A stretch of DNA of 64,000 nucleotides from Candidatus Hadarchaeota archaeon. GTDB taxonomy: Archaea > CAYQAE01 > CAYVLA01. Of this stretch, positions 18,800-27,849 are shown piece after piece; within the stretch, counting starts at the first letter, position 1, and each line of letters starts with the position of its first letter. Location: assembly GCA_964621445.1 (NCBI GenBank), contig CAZUNO010000001.1:136496-200495 (forward strand), written 5' to 3'. The notes beneath the pieces are model-generated. The model did not search any database, had not been told where the DNA came from, and saw only the letters and a list, made by a program, of their open reading frames with translations. The translations under genes were made by a program, and so were the position numbers.

Positions 18800-19035
18800 T
18801 CACCTGTAATATATCGAACTGTTGGGTCTTCCGCCTCGGAGGCCTCTATTTCCTCTATTCCCTCGATGTTAATTTTTCCTCTAGGGACCCTATGTTCGCT
18901 GCCCAGATTCGAGTAAACCTTTTCCTTTACCTGGGATTCGTTCATGGATAGCATCTCCATGGTAAACGGCTGATTTTTTTCTCCCATCAGGAAATTTCCC
19001 TTGACTCTGTAGATCTTCGGATTTTCATCACTCAT
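18796..19035 (-). CDS. rpl18a: 50S ribosomal protein L18Ae/LX (eL20)
   Basis: KIYRVKG...EKVYSNLGSEHRVPR.KI.I. Confidence 0.92.
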   Translation of the reverse strand: MSDENPKIYRVKGNFLMGEKNQPFTMEMLSMNESQVKEKVYSNLGSEHRVPRGKINIEGIEEIEASEAEDPTVRYITGE

Positions 19036-19041
19036 CGCTAT

Positions 19042-19725
19042 TCACCACGTTTCACCTTCGAACACCTGTTGCATCTTTCCCATTTCAATCCCTGTGGTTG
19101 GTCTTCCGGCAACCACGCCCTTGGAGTTAGCGAGAATGCATGTTCCGACATTCCCCACGCCAAAATTTGCGGTTCCTTTACCGACCTCGACCTTAAGCAT
19201 ATCATTGATTAAATCAATTTCGGAATCAGCCGTTTTTGGAGATACCAAGGCACCTATGTTATTTGGACAGGCCAGGGACCCAACTATATGCAAGTTGTCA
19301 ATGCTTCCATTCTTTACCTTGACCCCGAGTATATCCGAAATTACTTCGAGCTCCTTTCTCAGATAGACATCGGCCACTATAGCCCCTTTATCATTGGTCA
19401 AGATCAGATTCCCAAGGGCATTGAATCTGGTATCCAGTTTTCCAACCTGTAAATTGGATTGGGTGGAGAGGATATCCATCTCCCTTGAAGTGGCATCTCC
19501 AGGAAGAAGTATGCCTTGGGAATTCATCACAACTAACATTCCAATCATATCGGTACCGGCCACAGTGGTTTCAATTGACTTAACATTCAGGGTGGAGGCT
19601 ATCTCATCAATGGTGTCCCGAGGACTACCAGGTGGAACTACCACCACATCATCATTATTCGCGGCAAATAATCCCAGATAGGGATTCCCACTGAGGTGAG
19701 TCCTCGCAAATTCCATTAGAGGCAC
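19042..19725 (-). CDS. eif6: Translation initiation factor 6
   Basis: GNPYLGLF, ALGNLILTND.GA, GTANFG, ANSKG and TTGIE. Confidence 0.94.
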   Translation of the reverse strand: MPLMEFARTHLSGNPYLGLFAANNDDVVVVPPGSPRDTIDEIASTLNVKSIETTVAGTDMIGMLVVMNSQGILLPGDATSREMDILSTQSNLQVGKLDTRFNALGNLILTNDKGAIVADVYLRKELEVISDILGVKVKNGSIDNLHIVGSLACPNNIGALVSPKTADSEIDLINDMLKVEVGKGTANFGVGNVGTCILANSKGVVAGRPTTGIEMGKMQQVFEGETW

Positions 19726-19992
19726 CTATTCGGCCAGGAAGACCCTGAAAGCAGCCTGTCCTTCCTCTATTTCCTCTTCCTCGGTGACCCTGACCCTGAT
19801 TTTAGAAGGAATGTTCTCTATTCCATTCTCCCAAATCTTGTTGTTTACGGATTCGTCTATTGCGAAAAGGCTCGTCTTAAGGTGGCGCTCCAGGAAGGAC
19901 CTGACCTCCTTTAACGCTCTAGGAGCCCTCTTGCTCCGGGAGAATTTCTTGGCTCCTCTTAGAGGTATAACATAGATCCTATCTTCGGACAA
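19726..19992 (-). CDS. rpl31e: 50S ribosomal protein L31e
   Basis: RIYVIPLR...RAPRA...FLERH...N.KIW.NG....PSKIRV. Confidence 0.95.
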   Translation of the reverse strand: MSEDRIYVIPLRGAKKFSRSKRAPRALKEVRSFLERHLKTSLFAIDESVNNKIWENGIENIPSKIRVRVTEEEEIEEGQAAFRVFLAE

Positions 19993-20004
19993 TTAAATAC
20001 CTCG

Positions 20005-20160
20005 CTATACCTTTAGCTTGGAGTTTCTCCAAGTACGCATCTTTGGATGCCTTCTCACCTTTCTAGCAGTCTTTAGCATAACCCAAATGGGTACCCTTTG
20101 AGTATGGCGATTTGCCTTTGCTAATCTTTTCTTCTTTGGTTTGGATCTATGTCGAGACAA
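20005..20160 (-). CDS. rpl39e: 50S ribosomal protein L39e (51 aa; absent from ORF track)
   Basis: Manual translation from TTG 20160: [51 protein letters not shown]. Confidence 0.95.
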   Translation of the reverse strand: MSRHRSKPKKKRLAKANRHTQRVPIWVMLKTARKVRRHPKMRTWRNSKLKV

Positions 20161-20169
20161 TGTATCAGC

Positions 20170-20508
20170 TCAAACTCTCTTGATTTTGGTTTCCCTGGAC
20201 TTTGAACGGGCAATCTTTCGCAATATCCCCTTGAGTTGGCTATCCGTTACCTTTTCCCTGAGATTTCCGGATTGAGCCAATCCTATTAACCTTTGTTCTA
20301 TGGCCTTAACGTATTCCGGCCTGGAAAGTCTCAGATTGGTAAGTCTGCTTCTGGCCTCAGGAGTTAATATTGATTTCAGGACTAATTGTTTCCGGAGTTC
20401 GGCCTGTTTTTGTGCCTCTTCTTGGGTCTCTTCATCCTGCATCTTTTTCTGAAGTTCAGCCAATTTCTTTTGCCGGATCTCATCAATATCCTCCATGGCA
20501 CGCATCAC
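20170..20508 (-). CDS. PDCD5/DUF122 family DNA-binding protein
   Basis: IRQKKLAELQ...LTPEARSRLTNLRL.RPE...QLKGIL; conserved position after rps19e. Confidence 0.92.
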   Translation of the reverse strand: MMRAMEDIDEIRQKKLAELQKKMQDEETQEEAQKQAELRKQLVLKSILTPEARSRLTNLRLSRPEYVKAIEQRLIGLAQSGNLREKVTDSQLKGILRKIARSKSRETKIKRV

Positions 20509-20924
20509 CCGGCGACCTCATCGGATAATTTATCAAGAAGGGACTTGCCCTTGGCGCTTATCTTTCTGCCGTCTCTATCAGTTTTTTCAACCAGACCTGC
20601 CGATTCGAGCTGTTGGCACACTTTTCTTATGATGCTTCCGCTACCCTTGGCAAATCTTGTGGGTTTGCTGCCTCTTTCCCTCTTACCACCGTACTTTGTA
20701 CGCAGCCTTTCAACACCCACGGGCCCGCTAACGTAAATCGTCCTGAGCACGGCTGCAGCCCGGCTGTACCACCAATCAGGGTCATCTGGAACCCTTTCCT
20801 TATGCATACCGGTCTTGACGAACATCGTCCATTCCGGTGGATCTACTTCGTTATAGTCACTCTTCAACTTATTCGAAAGGAGACCTATGAGAAGATTGGG
20901 TTTCACATCAAAAGGAGTGGTCAA
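20505..20924 (-). CDS. rps19e: 30S ribosomal protein S19e
   Basis: PPEW..FVKTG.HKER.P...DWWY.RAA, YGG and GSGSIIRK..QQLE.AG. Confidence 0.97.
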   Translation of the reverse strand: MTTPFDVKPNLLIGLLSNKLKSDYNEVDPPEWTMFVKTGMHKERVPDDPDWWYSRAAAVLRTIYVSGPVGVERLRTKYGGKRERGSKPTRFAKGSGSIIRKVCQQLESAGLVEKTDRDGRKISAKGKSLLDKLSDEVAG

Positions 20925-20987
20925 GTTGGACCACCTGGTGGTGGGTATAGCCCAAGTTGAGCTATAGGATGAGGGCTAAATTTGGAC

Positions 20988-21001
20988 TTATATATCTTTC
21001 C
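20988..21001 (-). promoter_or_regulatory. Putative BRE/TATA (GGAAAG-ATATATAA on the - strand) for the rps19e operon, overlapping the end of yhbY
   Basis: A purine-rich BRE directly followed by a TATA-like box, about 65-70 nt upstream of the rps19e start. Confidence 0.5.
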
Positions 21002-21269
21002 TGGCATCCTTCTCAGCTCTGAAAAGTGTGATAGTGTTTCCCCGTGTCTCTACAAGCTCGGATCGGGTCTCTTTAGTCAATCGGGATGTCATTTCTTCTC
21101 TTTTCAACGCATTGGAGCTTCTGAGGAACTTGATCTTGACAATATTCTTTTCCTCGAGCTGACGGTCGAGTTCCTCTAAAACTCCTTTTGTTAGGCCCGA
21201 CTTGCCAATCCTAAGGAGGGGTTTTGCCTTTGACGCTCTCTTTTTCAAATCCTCGCGATTAACTCTCAT
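20988..21269 (-). CDS. YhbY/CRM RNA-binding protein
   Basis: PLLRIGKSGLT.GV..E..RQL....IVKIKFL...RGNT.TL. Confidence 0.9.
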   Translation of the reverse strand: MRVNREDLKKRASKAKPLLRIGKSGLTKGVLEELDRQLEEKNIVKIKFLRSSNALKREEMTSRLTKETRSELVETRGNTITLFRAEKDARKDI

Positions 21270-21278
21270 TTCAATAAC

Positions 21279-22076
21279 CTACATCAAAGCTCCATCTAAT
21301 GCTTTTCCACATCCGCAGGATCTTTTTTCCGGTATTTGCGGTATCAAATCAGCGAGAATGGACCTGACCTTCCCCACATTTTCCTTCATGGTCTCAACCA
21401 CTTCCTCCCCGTCAACTATCCTGTCGGTCATCCAGCAGTCAAAATCGGTGACCATGGCTATGGTGGAGTAGCACATCTCTGCTTCCCGGGCAAGGACGGC
21501 CTCGGGATACATGGTCATTCCAATGACCGATGCTCCCCAGGATCTGAAAAGCTCCGATTCTGCTCGGGTGGAAAACCTGGGTCCCTGGATGCAGACATAG
21601 GTTCCCTGTGGATGATACTTCATTGAAAGGGACTCCGCCACCTCACCGAGAAGGGTATGAAGGCTCGGACAGACGGGATCGGCAGTGGACACATGACAGA
21701 CCTGTCCCCTGTCGTAGAAGGTATCTTCCCTACCGCGGGTTCTGTCAATGAATTGATCCACGAACACGAAATCTCCCGGTTCATATTTCCTCTGGAGGCT
21801 GCCCACCGCTGCAGGGGCAAGGACGGCGGTTACCCCGATTTCCTTTAGAGCCCAGATATTGGCCCTGTAATTAATTCCATGGGGAGGTATGCGGTGTTCT
21901 CTACCGTGTCTGGGAATGAAGGCCACCCTTGTATCCTCCAGGCTACCGATCTGGACCAGATCGGACGTAGCCCCGAAAGGGGTATATACCTCCTTTTCCT
22001 CTATTTCGGTGAATAATTCAGGGTCGTAAACCCCGGTGCCGCCAATTATTCCCACTGATGCCTGTTCTGAAGTCAT
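21279..22076 (-). CDS. mtnP: S-methyl-5'-thioadenosine phosphorylase
   Basis: GIIGGTG, TPFG, PRHG..H..PP, NYRANIWAL, GPRFSTRAES, GMT and VTDFD; start ATG 22076. Confidence 0.92.
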   Translation of the reverse strand: MTSEQASVGIIGGTGVYDPELFTEIEEKEVYTPFGATSDLVQIGSLEDTRVAFIPRHGREHRIPPHGINYRANIWALKEIGVTAVLAPAAVGSLQRKYEPGDFVFVDQFIDRTRGREDTFYDRGQVCHVSTADPVCPSLHTLLGEVAESLSMKYHPQGTYVCIQGPRFSTRAESELFRSWGASVIGMTMYPEAVLAREAEMCYSTIAMVTDFDCWMTDRIVDGEEVVETMKENVGKVRSILADLIPQIPEKRSCGCGKALDGALM

Positions 22077-22126
22077 GTATAAACATCCAGAGACATCATC
22101 TGAAATAACTTTTCGAGGTATAAGGA

Positions 22127-23146
22127 TTAGAGAGTGATCCACCGGTCCTGAATCGATGATTTGAGAAGACCATCAATGGTTCGAGTGACCCATATGCCGT
22201 CCTCGCCCGTCACCCTGGGCCGTCTGTCCGTGACTATGCAATCGGCAAAGTGATAGATGCTCTCGGTGGCAAATCCCCTGTGCTTCCCGTCGATATTCAG
22301 ATTAAAAAGCATATCGGGGTTCTCCTGATTTCTTTCAGTGTACTTACAAGCCAGGTTGCTGTGGCTGACGTTCGCGGTATAGCTTCCTTCGGATCCCACG
22401 AAATCCATTTTCAGTTGGAAGACGGAGGGGTGGCTCTCCGGTAGTATCCAGCAGTTTTCCAGAGATGCGAGGGCCCCGGATTGGAACTCGATGAGACTGT
22501 GGAAGAAGTCCGGGGTGTCAATACCCATGGAGGCAAGTTTGCCTTCACCCTTGGTTGAGAGCACTCTTCTTGGGTTGCTTTGGAAGAGCCATCTACAGAT
22601 ATCTATGAGGTGGCTTCCTAAAAACCAAAGAACGTTGCTTTTATGGGACCACCTCAACATCTTTGTGGGAACGAAAATCGTGTCGTTGAGGGCGGCGCTG
22701 AGGTACTTGGGAACTCCCATTTCTCCCTCTTCTATTGAGTTCTTGAGAGCAATGAATGGTGGGGACCAGCGATTATGGAAGTCGATCATAAGCTTTGATC
22801 CAGATTTATCCACCGCTGCCATTATCTGCTCAGCTTCATCGACCGTGGTCGCCATGGGCTTCTCAAGAAGTATGTGCAGACCTTTATTGGCCGCAAGTAG
22901 GGCAGGGTCTGTGTGTAAGTAATCAGGAGTGGCTATGGAGACGGCATCCAGTTCACTTTCCTCCATCATTTCACTGTAATCCGTGTAGAAATCGCACCCA
23001 TACTCCCTGGAGACCTTTTCCCCCTCCTCCTCATTGATGTCGCATACCGCCGCGATTAGAGTTCTGTGATGGCTTCCAAAGGCCTGCACATGGATTTTCC
23101 CGAATGTCCCCAGCCCTATTACTCCGACCTTCGCCTTATCGGCCAT
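22127..23146 (-). CDS. Gfo/Idh/MocA family NAD(P)-dependent oxidoreductase
   Basis: GVIGLGTFG, IATPDYLH and LEKPMA. Confidence 0.9.
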   Translation of the reverse strand: MADKAKVGVIGLGTFGKIHVQAFGSHHRTLIAAVCDINEEEGEKVSREYGCDFYTDYSEMMEESELDAVSIATPDYLHTDPALLAANKGLHILLEKPMATTVDEAEQIMAAVDKSGSKLMIDFHNRWSPPFIALKNSIEEGEMGVPKYLSAALNDTIFVPTKMLRWSHKSNVLWFLGSHLIDICRWLFQSNPRRVLSTKGEGKLASMGIDTPDFFHSLIEFQSGALASLENCWILPESHPSVFQLKMDFVGSEGSYTANVSHSNLACKYTERNQENPDMLFNLNIDGKHRGFATESIYHFADCIVTDRRPRVTGEDGIWVTRTIDGLLKSSIQDRWITL

Positions 23147-24515
23147 TGGATGTGCCCCCTTCGAGAATATCATTAACAAGTTGAGTGGTTTGATCGGTCA
23201 GACGAGAAGCCTCCATTTCATCCTTTGCCTCGCATATAACCCTTACCAGGGGTTCGGTTCCCGACTTTCTCACGTATATTGATGAGTCCTTTCTTGTGAC
23301 CCTAATTCCATCGGTGAGATCTATGTCCTGACCTCGGAAATGTTCTCTTAATCCGTTGAGAAGCATTTCCCAGTTAGTGGGATCGAATTGTATCTTTTCC
23401 TTGATCATATGATACTCGGGAAGGGTGGATAGTAGCTGGCTTATGGGGCCCTCGAAATCACACATACCCTGGAGGACCAGAGACATTCCTGCTGGGGCAT
23501 CCCTAGCATACTGGATGGATGGGTTGATTACCCCGCCATTTCCTTCCCCACCAATAACCGCTCCTAGCTCCATCATCTTCTTCACCACGTTTACCTCACC
23601 CACTGGAGCACGGGCAAATTCACAGCCGTGGGAGCTGGCTACGTCCTCCACGGCTTTTGTCGTAGCCACGTTGGTAACTACCGGGCCTTGCCTCTCCTGT
23701 AGTACGAGCTGTGTGGCAAGGGTAAGGGAGTATTCCTCTCCAGCGGGATTTCCTTTCTCGTCAATGATGGATAACCGGTCTCCATCTGGGTCAGTTGCAA
23801 ATCCAACATCGGCATCATTTTCCCGAACTACACGGGATAAGGCTTCAAGATTTTCCGGCGTGGGTTCCGGTCCTCGATGAAAGGTACCATCACGTTCGCA
23901 GTTAACGGCTATGGTCGTGCACCCGATCCTATCCAGAAGGATTTGCAGAATCTCTGACGAGGAGCTGTTACAGCAATCTATTGCCACGGTCGGTTGGGAA
24001 GCTGTTATGCTATCAGTATCTATGGATTTCAATACATGCTCGGCGTGTTTTCTGGCTCCCTCCGATTCGCCGTAATTTTTCCCGATTTTGTGCCAGGGAA
24101 CGTATTTGATATTGTTTTTCTCGTAAATCCCAATTAGCTTCCTTGCCTGTTCCTGGTCGAGGAAGATCCCCGTCTTGTGGATAAATTTCATGGCATTCCA
24201 TTCGATGGGGTTATGGGAAGCGGTTATGGCCACTCCTCCCTGGGCGTTCCTTTCCTTTACCAGATATTGGATGGTCGGCGTGGTCACCGTTCCCGAATCA
24301 ATGACATCGCATCCTGCTGAACGGAGACCTGCGGTCACGCAATCCTTTAACATCGAACCGGAAGCGCGGGCATCCCTCCCCACGACTACCTTTTCCCCTT
24401 TGCAGAAGGTGCCAAAAGCAGCTGAGAATCTGGTCACCACGTCCGGGGTCAATGTTTCACCCACTATCCCTCGGACGCCGGATATACTGATCATTAGCTT
24501 TTTCAAATGATTCAC
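23136..24515 (-). CDS. Phosphoglucosamine mutase / phosphohexomutase
   Basis: SISGVRG, ITASHNP, DPDGDR, GGEGNGG and RKSGTEP. Confidence 0.9.
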   Translation of the reverse strand: MNHLKKLMISISGVRGIVGETLTPDVVTRFSAAFGTFCKGEKVVVGRDARASGSMLKDCVTAGLRSAGCDVIDSGTVTTPTIQYLVKERNAQGGVAITASHNPIEWNAMKFIHKTGIFLDQEQARKLIGIYEKNNIKYVPWHKIGKNYGESEGARKHAEHVLKSIDTDSITASQPTVAIDCCNSSSSEILQILLDRIGCTTIAVNCERDGTFHRGPEPTPENLEALSRVVRENDADVGFATDPDGDRLSIIDEKGNPAGEEYSLTLATQLVLQERQGPVVTNVATTKAVEDVASSHGCEFARAPVGEVNVVKKMMELGAVIGGEGNGGVINPSIQYARDAPAGMSLVLQGMCDFEGPISQLLSTLPEYHMIKEKIQFDPTNWEMLLNGLREHFRGQDIDLTDGIRVTRKDSSIYVRKSGTEPLVRVICEAKDEMEASRLTDQTTQLVNDILEGGTSNGR

Positions 24516-24574
24516 CGATCGTAGATTGATTAAGCGGTATAGAGGATTAACTAAAAAAGTTAATTTTCTGGAAA

Positions 24575-25255
24575 TCAGAAAAGTCGTGAATCCAGGGCGA
24601 CGGGAAGTTCCTTTATCGAGTTTATGACCTTAGAGGCGCCAAATTTAACGAGTTCATCTTCCGAGAGAGTTGGCACCCTATCGCTGTTACGTATGACCCC
24701 TATCCCTCTAAATCCGCCCTCTCGCGCCGCCTGCATATCCGTTATGTCGTCGCCAATGAATATGGCTCGCTTTGCCTTCAGGTCTCGGACACAGCTGATG
24801 AGTTTGTCTGGTCTCGGTTTTTGTCTTCCGGGGTCTTCTCTCCCCCTCACCTGGTCAAAGAATGGACGGAGGTGGAACTTTCGGGCGGTTGCCTCCAGTA
24901 TCCTCTTGGAGTTTGAGGTAACTATCCCGATCTTGGCGTCCATTTCCGAGAGATGGGACAGTACTTCTCTTGATCCCTCAAGGGGTTTAGCCCGGTTCAG
25001 GGCCTCCATTTCTCCTGCGCCCATTGCCTGATCCAATAACCTTTTCATGCTATCTCGACGGGGGCAATCTGCTAGTTCTTGGTCCACTATCTCTATATAT
25101 GCTCGAAAGGAACTTCGTCGTCCTTCCAAAAAATCATGTAGACCCAATGATCTGCAGGCGCGTCTGAGGTGTTCCATTATGACCTTGCCGTTTAGTCTCA
25201 GGTCGACTAGAGTAAGGTCGTAATCAAAGACAATGGCAGGGCTGTTTGGTTTCAT
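24575..25255 (-). CDS. HAD-superfamily IA hydrolase (phosphoglycolate phosphatase-like)
   Basis: FDYDLT, VTSN, KPRPD and IGDDITD. Confidence 0.8.
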   Translation of the reverse strand: MKPNSPAIVFDYDLTLVDLRLNGKVIMEHLRRACRSLGLHDFLEGRRSSFRAYIEIVDQELADCPRRDSMKRLLDQAMGAGEMEALNRAKPLEGSREVLSHLSEMDAKIGIVTSNSKRILEATARKFHLRPFFDQVRGREDPGRQKPRPDKLISCVRDLKAKRAIFIGDDITDMQAAREGGFRGIGVIRNSDRVPTLSEDELVKFGASKVINSIKELPVALDSRLF

Positions 25256-25332
25256 CAGGACCACGTATCTTTGGCTGGCCTGGGCCCATGCCCTTGTATA
25301 TGGTTTCAATCTGTGCCTGCTTGCTCCAATAG

Positions 25333-25542
25333 GTGAAGAAACTCATATTAAATCGGCCACATATGTGGAGGTATATGGATGTCTCATCACGCAGCACGTA
25401 CCCCCTCTTCTTCGGCTTACTGCTTTGGCTCATTGCATTTGCTGACCTGGCCATATTTCATTTGGATATCTTCGAATACCTGGCGGCCGCTGGGTTCTTT
25501 TTGCTCATGATGGGAATTGGCATGAGGGTGAGAGGCTTCTGA
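25333..25542 (+). CDS. Small 2-TM membrane protein
   Basis: Two hydrophobic helices; the start may be the ATG following GGAGGT (MDVSS). Confidence 0.5.
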   Translation: MKKLILNRPHMWRYMDVSSRSTYPLFFGLLLWLIAFADLAIFHLDIFEYLAAAGFFLLMMGIGMRVRGF

Positions 25543-25762
25543 GGCCTTCTTGGACCTTGGCGTTTACCCTGGGAAAAAGCAAAGTTTTTTCGGGAAATAT
25601 GCCTGCTACAAAATCATATTTTTTAGTTTTGAACTTATAAATTTGGCAGTCTAAAATAACGGTTCCGTTTTCAGCATGATGTCCCCATAAAAAATAGCAA
25701 ATACTGGAGCAAGCCATCGGCGGCCGAGTACTCGGTGGAGGACGGAGCCGTAGACTCGGGAG

Positions 25763-26197
25763 GTGATGGCAATAGCCACTATAGTTTCTGCAGGTGGAGT
25801 TGTTTACCGGAACTTCGAGGACAACCTATTCTTAGTTCTAGTAGGGAGAAGAAGGGGAAATTACTGGTGCTTGCCCAAGGGCAAGATAGAGGAAAACGAG
25901 ACGGAGACCCAGGCGGCAAAGAGGGAGGTCTTCGAGGAAGCCGGGATATCAAATGTGTCACTGGGGGAGAAGATAGGCACCATCCGATACGAGTTTTATC
26001 GCAAATCGACTGATACTTCGTACCAGAAGTATGTCCATTTCTATCTCATGCGAGCGGCATCCAACGTACTAAATGTGGGATCAGAATTTGACCGGGTGAT
26101 GTGGTTCACTGCGGACGATGCAGTTAACATGGTAAGCCATAGGAAGGAACGGGGGATCGTTTGTAAAGCAATCGATATGCTGGGATCGATGTCCTAG
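25763..26197 (+). CDS. NUDIX hydrolase (Ap4A hydrolase-like)
   Basis: SAGGVV, W.LPKG and the Nudix box G.....E....AAKREVFEEAG. Confidence 0.9.
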   Translation: MMAIATIVSAGGVVYRNFEDNLFLVLVGRRRGNYWCLPKGKIEENETETQAAKREVFEEAGISNVSLGEKIGTIRYEFYRKSTDTSYQKYVHFYLMRAASNVLNVGSEFDRVMWFTADDAVNMVSHRKERGIVCKAIDMLGSMS

Positions 26198-26264
26198 TGG
26201 CTCACTCCATGTGGGATATCTAAAAGAGATTTAACCATGGGTAATAAGATATTGGGGGTAGATC

Positions 26265-27050
26265 TTGAGAGTCATCATTTGTGAGAACTACGAGGAGGTG
26301 AGTAGGAGGGCCGCCGAAATTATCTCCAGGCAGGTGAGGGATAAGCCAAGATGCGTTATCGGTCTGGCAACTGGTAGCACTCCCATGGGGGCCTATCGTC
26401 ATCTGGTAAAGATGCACGAAGAGGAGAGCCTGGATTTCTCAAATGTCACTACCTTCAATCTCGATGAATATTTGGGGCTCCCCCCCGATCATCCCCAGAG
26501 CTATCATTACTTCATGTGGAATAACCTATTCGATGGAATTGAAATCCCAGCCAAAAACACGAATATCCCGGATGGTCAAGCGGACGACTTGACCGCTGAA
26601 TGCGAGGAGTATGAGAGGAAGATAAGGGATGCTGGTGGCATAGACCTACAACTTCTAGGTCTGGGGAGGGATGGTCATGTAGGTTTTAATGAACCCGGTT
26701 CATCCCTGGGATCGAGAACGAGAATAAAGGCGCTCGCCCCGGAGACCATAAACGATAACTCCCGGTTTTTTGGAAGCGAGGAAGAGGTGCCGCGATTGGC
26801 CATAACAATGGGCGTAGGAACTATAATGGATTCTATGAGGATCCTGATCCTTGCCTCGGGAGAACATAAGGCCGAAGCGGTTAGATCGACGGTGGAAGGA
26901 CCCATAACCGCTGGTGTTCCAGCCTCGGCGCTGCAGCTCCATCCAAGGGTTACTTTGGTCCTGGATCCAGAGGCGTCAAAACTTCTGGAGAGAAAGGAAT
27001 ACTACCGATACGTTGAGAAAAGAGCTCGCGAACTTTTCCCCAGATCATGA
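26265..27050 (+). CDS. nagB: Glucosamine-6-phosphate deaminase (bacterial NagB type)
   Basis: GLATGSTP, TFNLDEY, GGIDLQLLGLG.DGHVGFNEPGS, AITMGVGTI and PASALQLH. Confidence 0.95.
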   Translation: MRVIICENYEEVSRRAAEIISRQVRDKPRCVIGLATGSTPMGAYRHLVKMHEEESLDFSNVTTFNLDEYLGLPPDHPQSYHYFMWNNLFDGIEIPAKNTNIPDGQADDLTAECEEYERKIRDAGGIDLQLLGLGRDGHVGFNEPGSSLGSRTRIKALAPETINDNSRFFGSEEEVPRLAITMGVGTIMDSMRILILASGEHKAEAVRSTVEGPITAGVPASALQLHPRVTLVLDPEASKLLERKEYYRYVEKRARELFPRS

Positions 27051-27055
27051 TCTGC

Positions 27056-27751
27056 TTAGCTCTCCCCGTCAAGTGTGGAAATCCTTGGATGTAGTAAGGT
27101 GATTAGAACTACAAAAAGACCTTTCCATAAGGGGAACCCGATTTCGGGAATGGGAAGGGATTTCGTGAGGCCGATGAACAATCCCCCGAATGATTTTGCG
27201 CCTTCGGGTGCATTAAGTCCGGTTGAACGAATTTCAAAGGCGCGATATCCCTGGATTTCTTTCCACTTCGGGTATGATTTGTCGAAAGTGATATTCCAGT
27301 TCTTCCATATCAAGCTCCTATCTGGGTCATATGACCATCCTTCGACCGAGTCATGTATGCCGATCCAGACGAAAGAATCGTCCTTCACGTAAATTGCATC
27401 GGTCCAGCTATAGGTATCGTTCCCGGACCCAGTGACCCCGAGGGGAAGGTTCCAACCTGAACTAGGCTTTGGGAAATAGGAAACCATCTCCTCGTGGGGA
27501 GTCGCCTTGGTGAATCTTTTTGTAGCAGACTCTATCTCTGAAAGATCCATTAATTCCGAAAACTCATACAGAACCTTGTTACTGGATGTGTTAATACATG
27601 CAATTTCGATGGAGGTCCTTGCCCTCAGCTGCTGACCGGCGGAAACCGTCGGCAATTGGGTTTCAAGACCGGAGATCGCTAGGACAGATAGCGCGACTAT
27701 TAGCATTAAGGACCTCAAAGAATAATCACTACAAACGTAACTTAGATTCAT
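27056..27751 (-). CDS. Secreted hypothetical protein with PEF-CTERM-like tail
   Basis: N-terminal hydrophobic signal; C-terminal IPEIGFPLWKGLFVVLITLL. Confidence 0.55.
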   Translation of the reverse strand: MNLSYVCSDYSLRSLMLIVALSVLAISGLETQLPTVSAGQQLRARTSIEIACINTSSNKVLYEFSELMDLSEIESATKRFTKATPHEEMVSYFPKPSSGWNLPLGVTGSGNDTYSWTDAIYVKDDSFVWIGIHDSVEGWSYDPDRSLIWKNWNITFDKSYPKWKEIQGYRAFEIRSTGLNAPEGAKSFGGLFIGLTKSLPIPEIGFPLWKGLFVVLITLLHPRISTLDGES

Positions 27752-27849
27752 GTGAATCCCAACCTTTGGGCGTCAAATTACTGTTGACTCGAATTCGAGT
27801 ATTTAATTCCCCCGTATTGAATCAGCGAGTACCCGGCTTTTCCAGGGCT

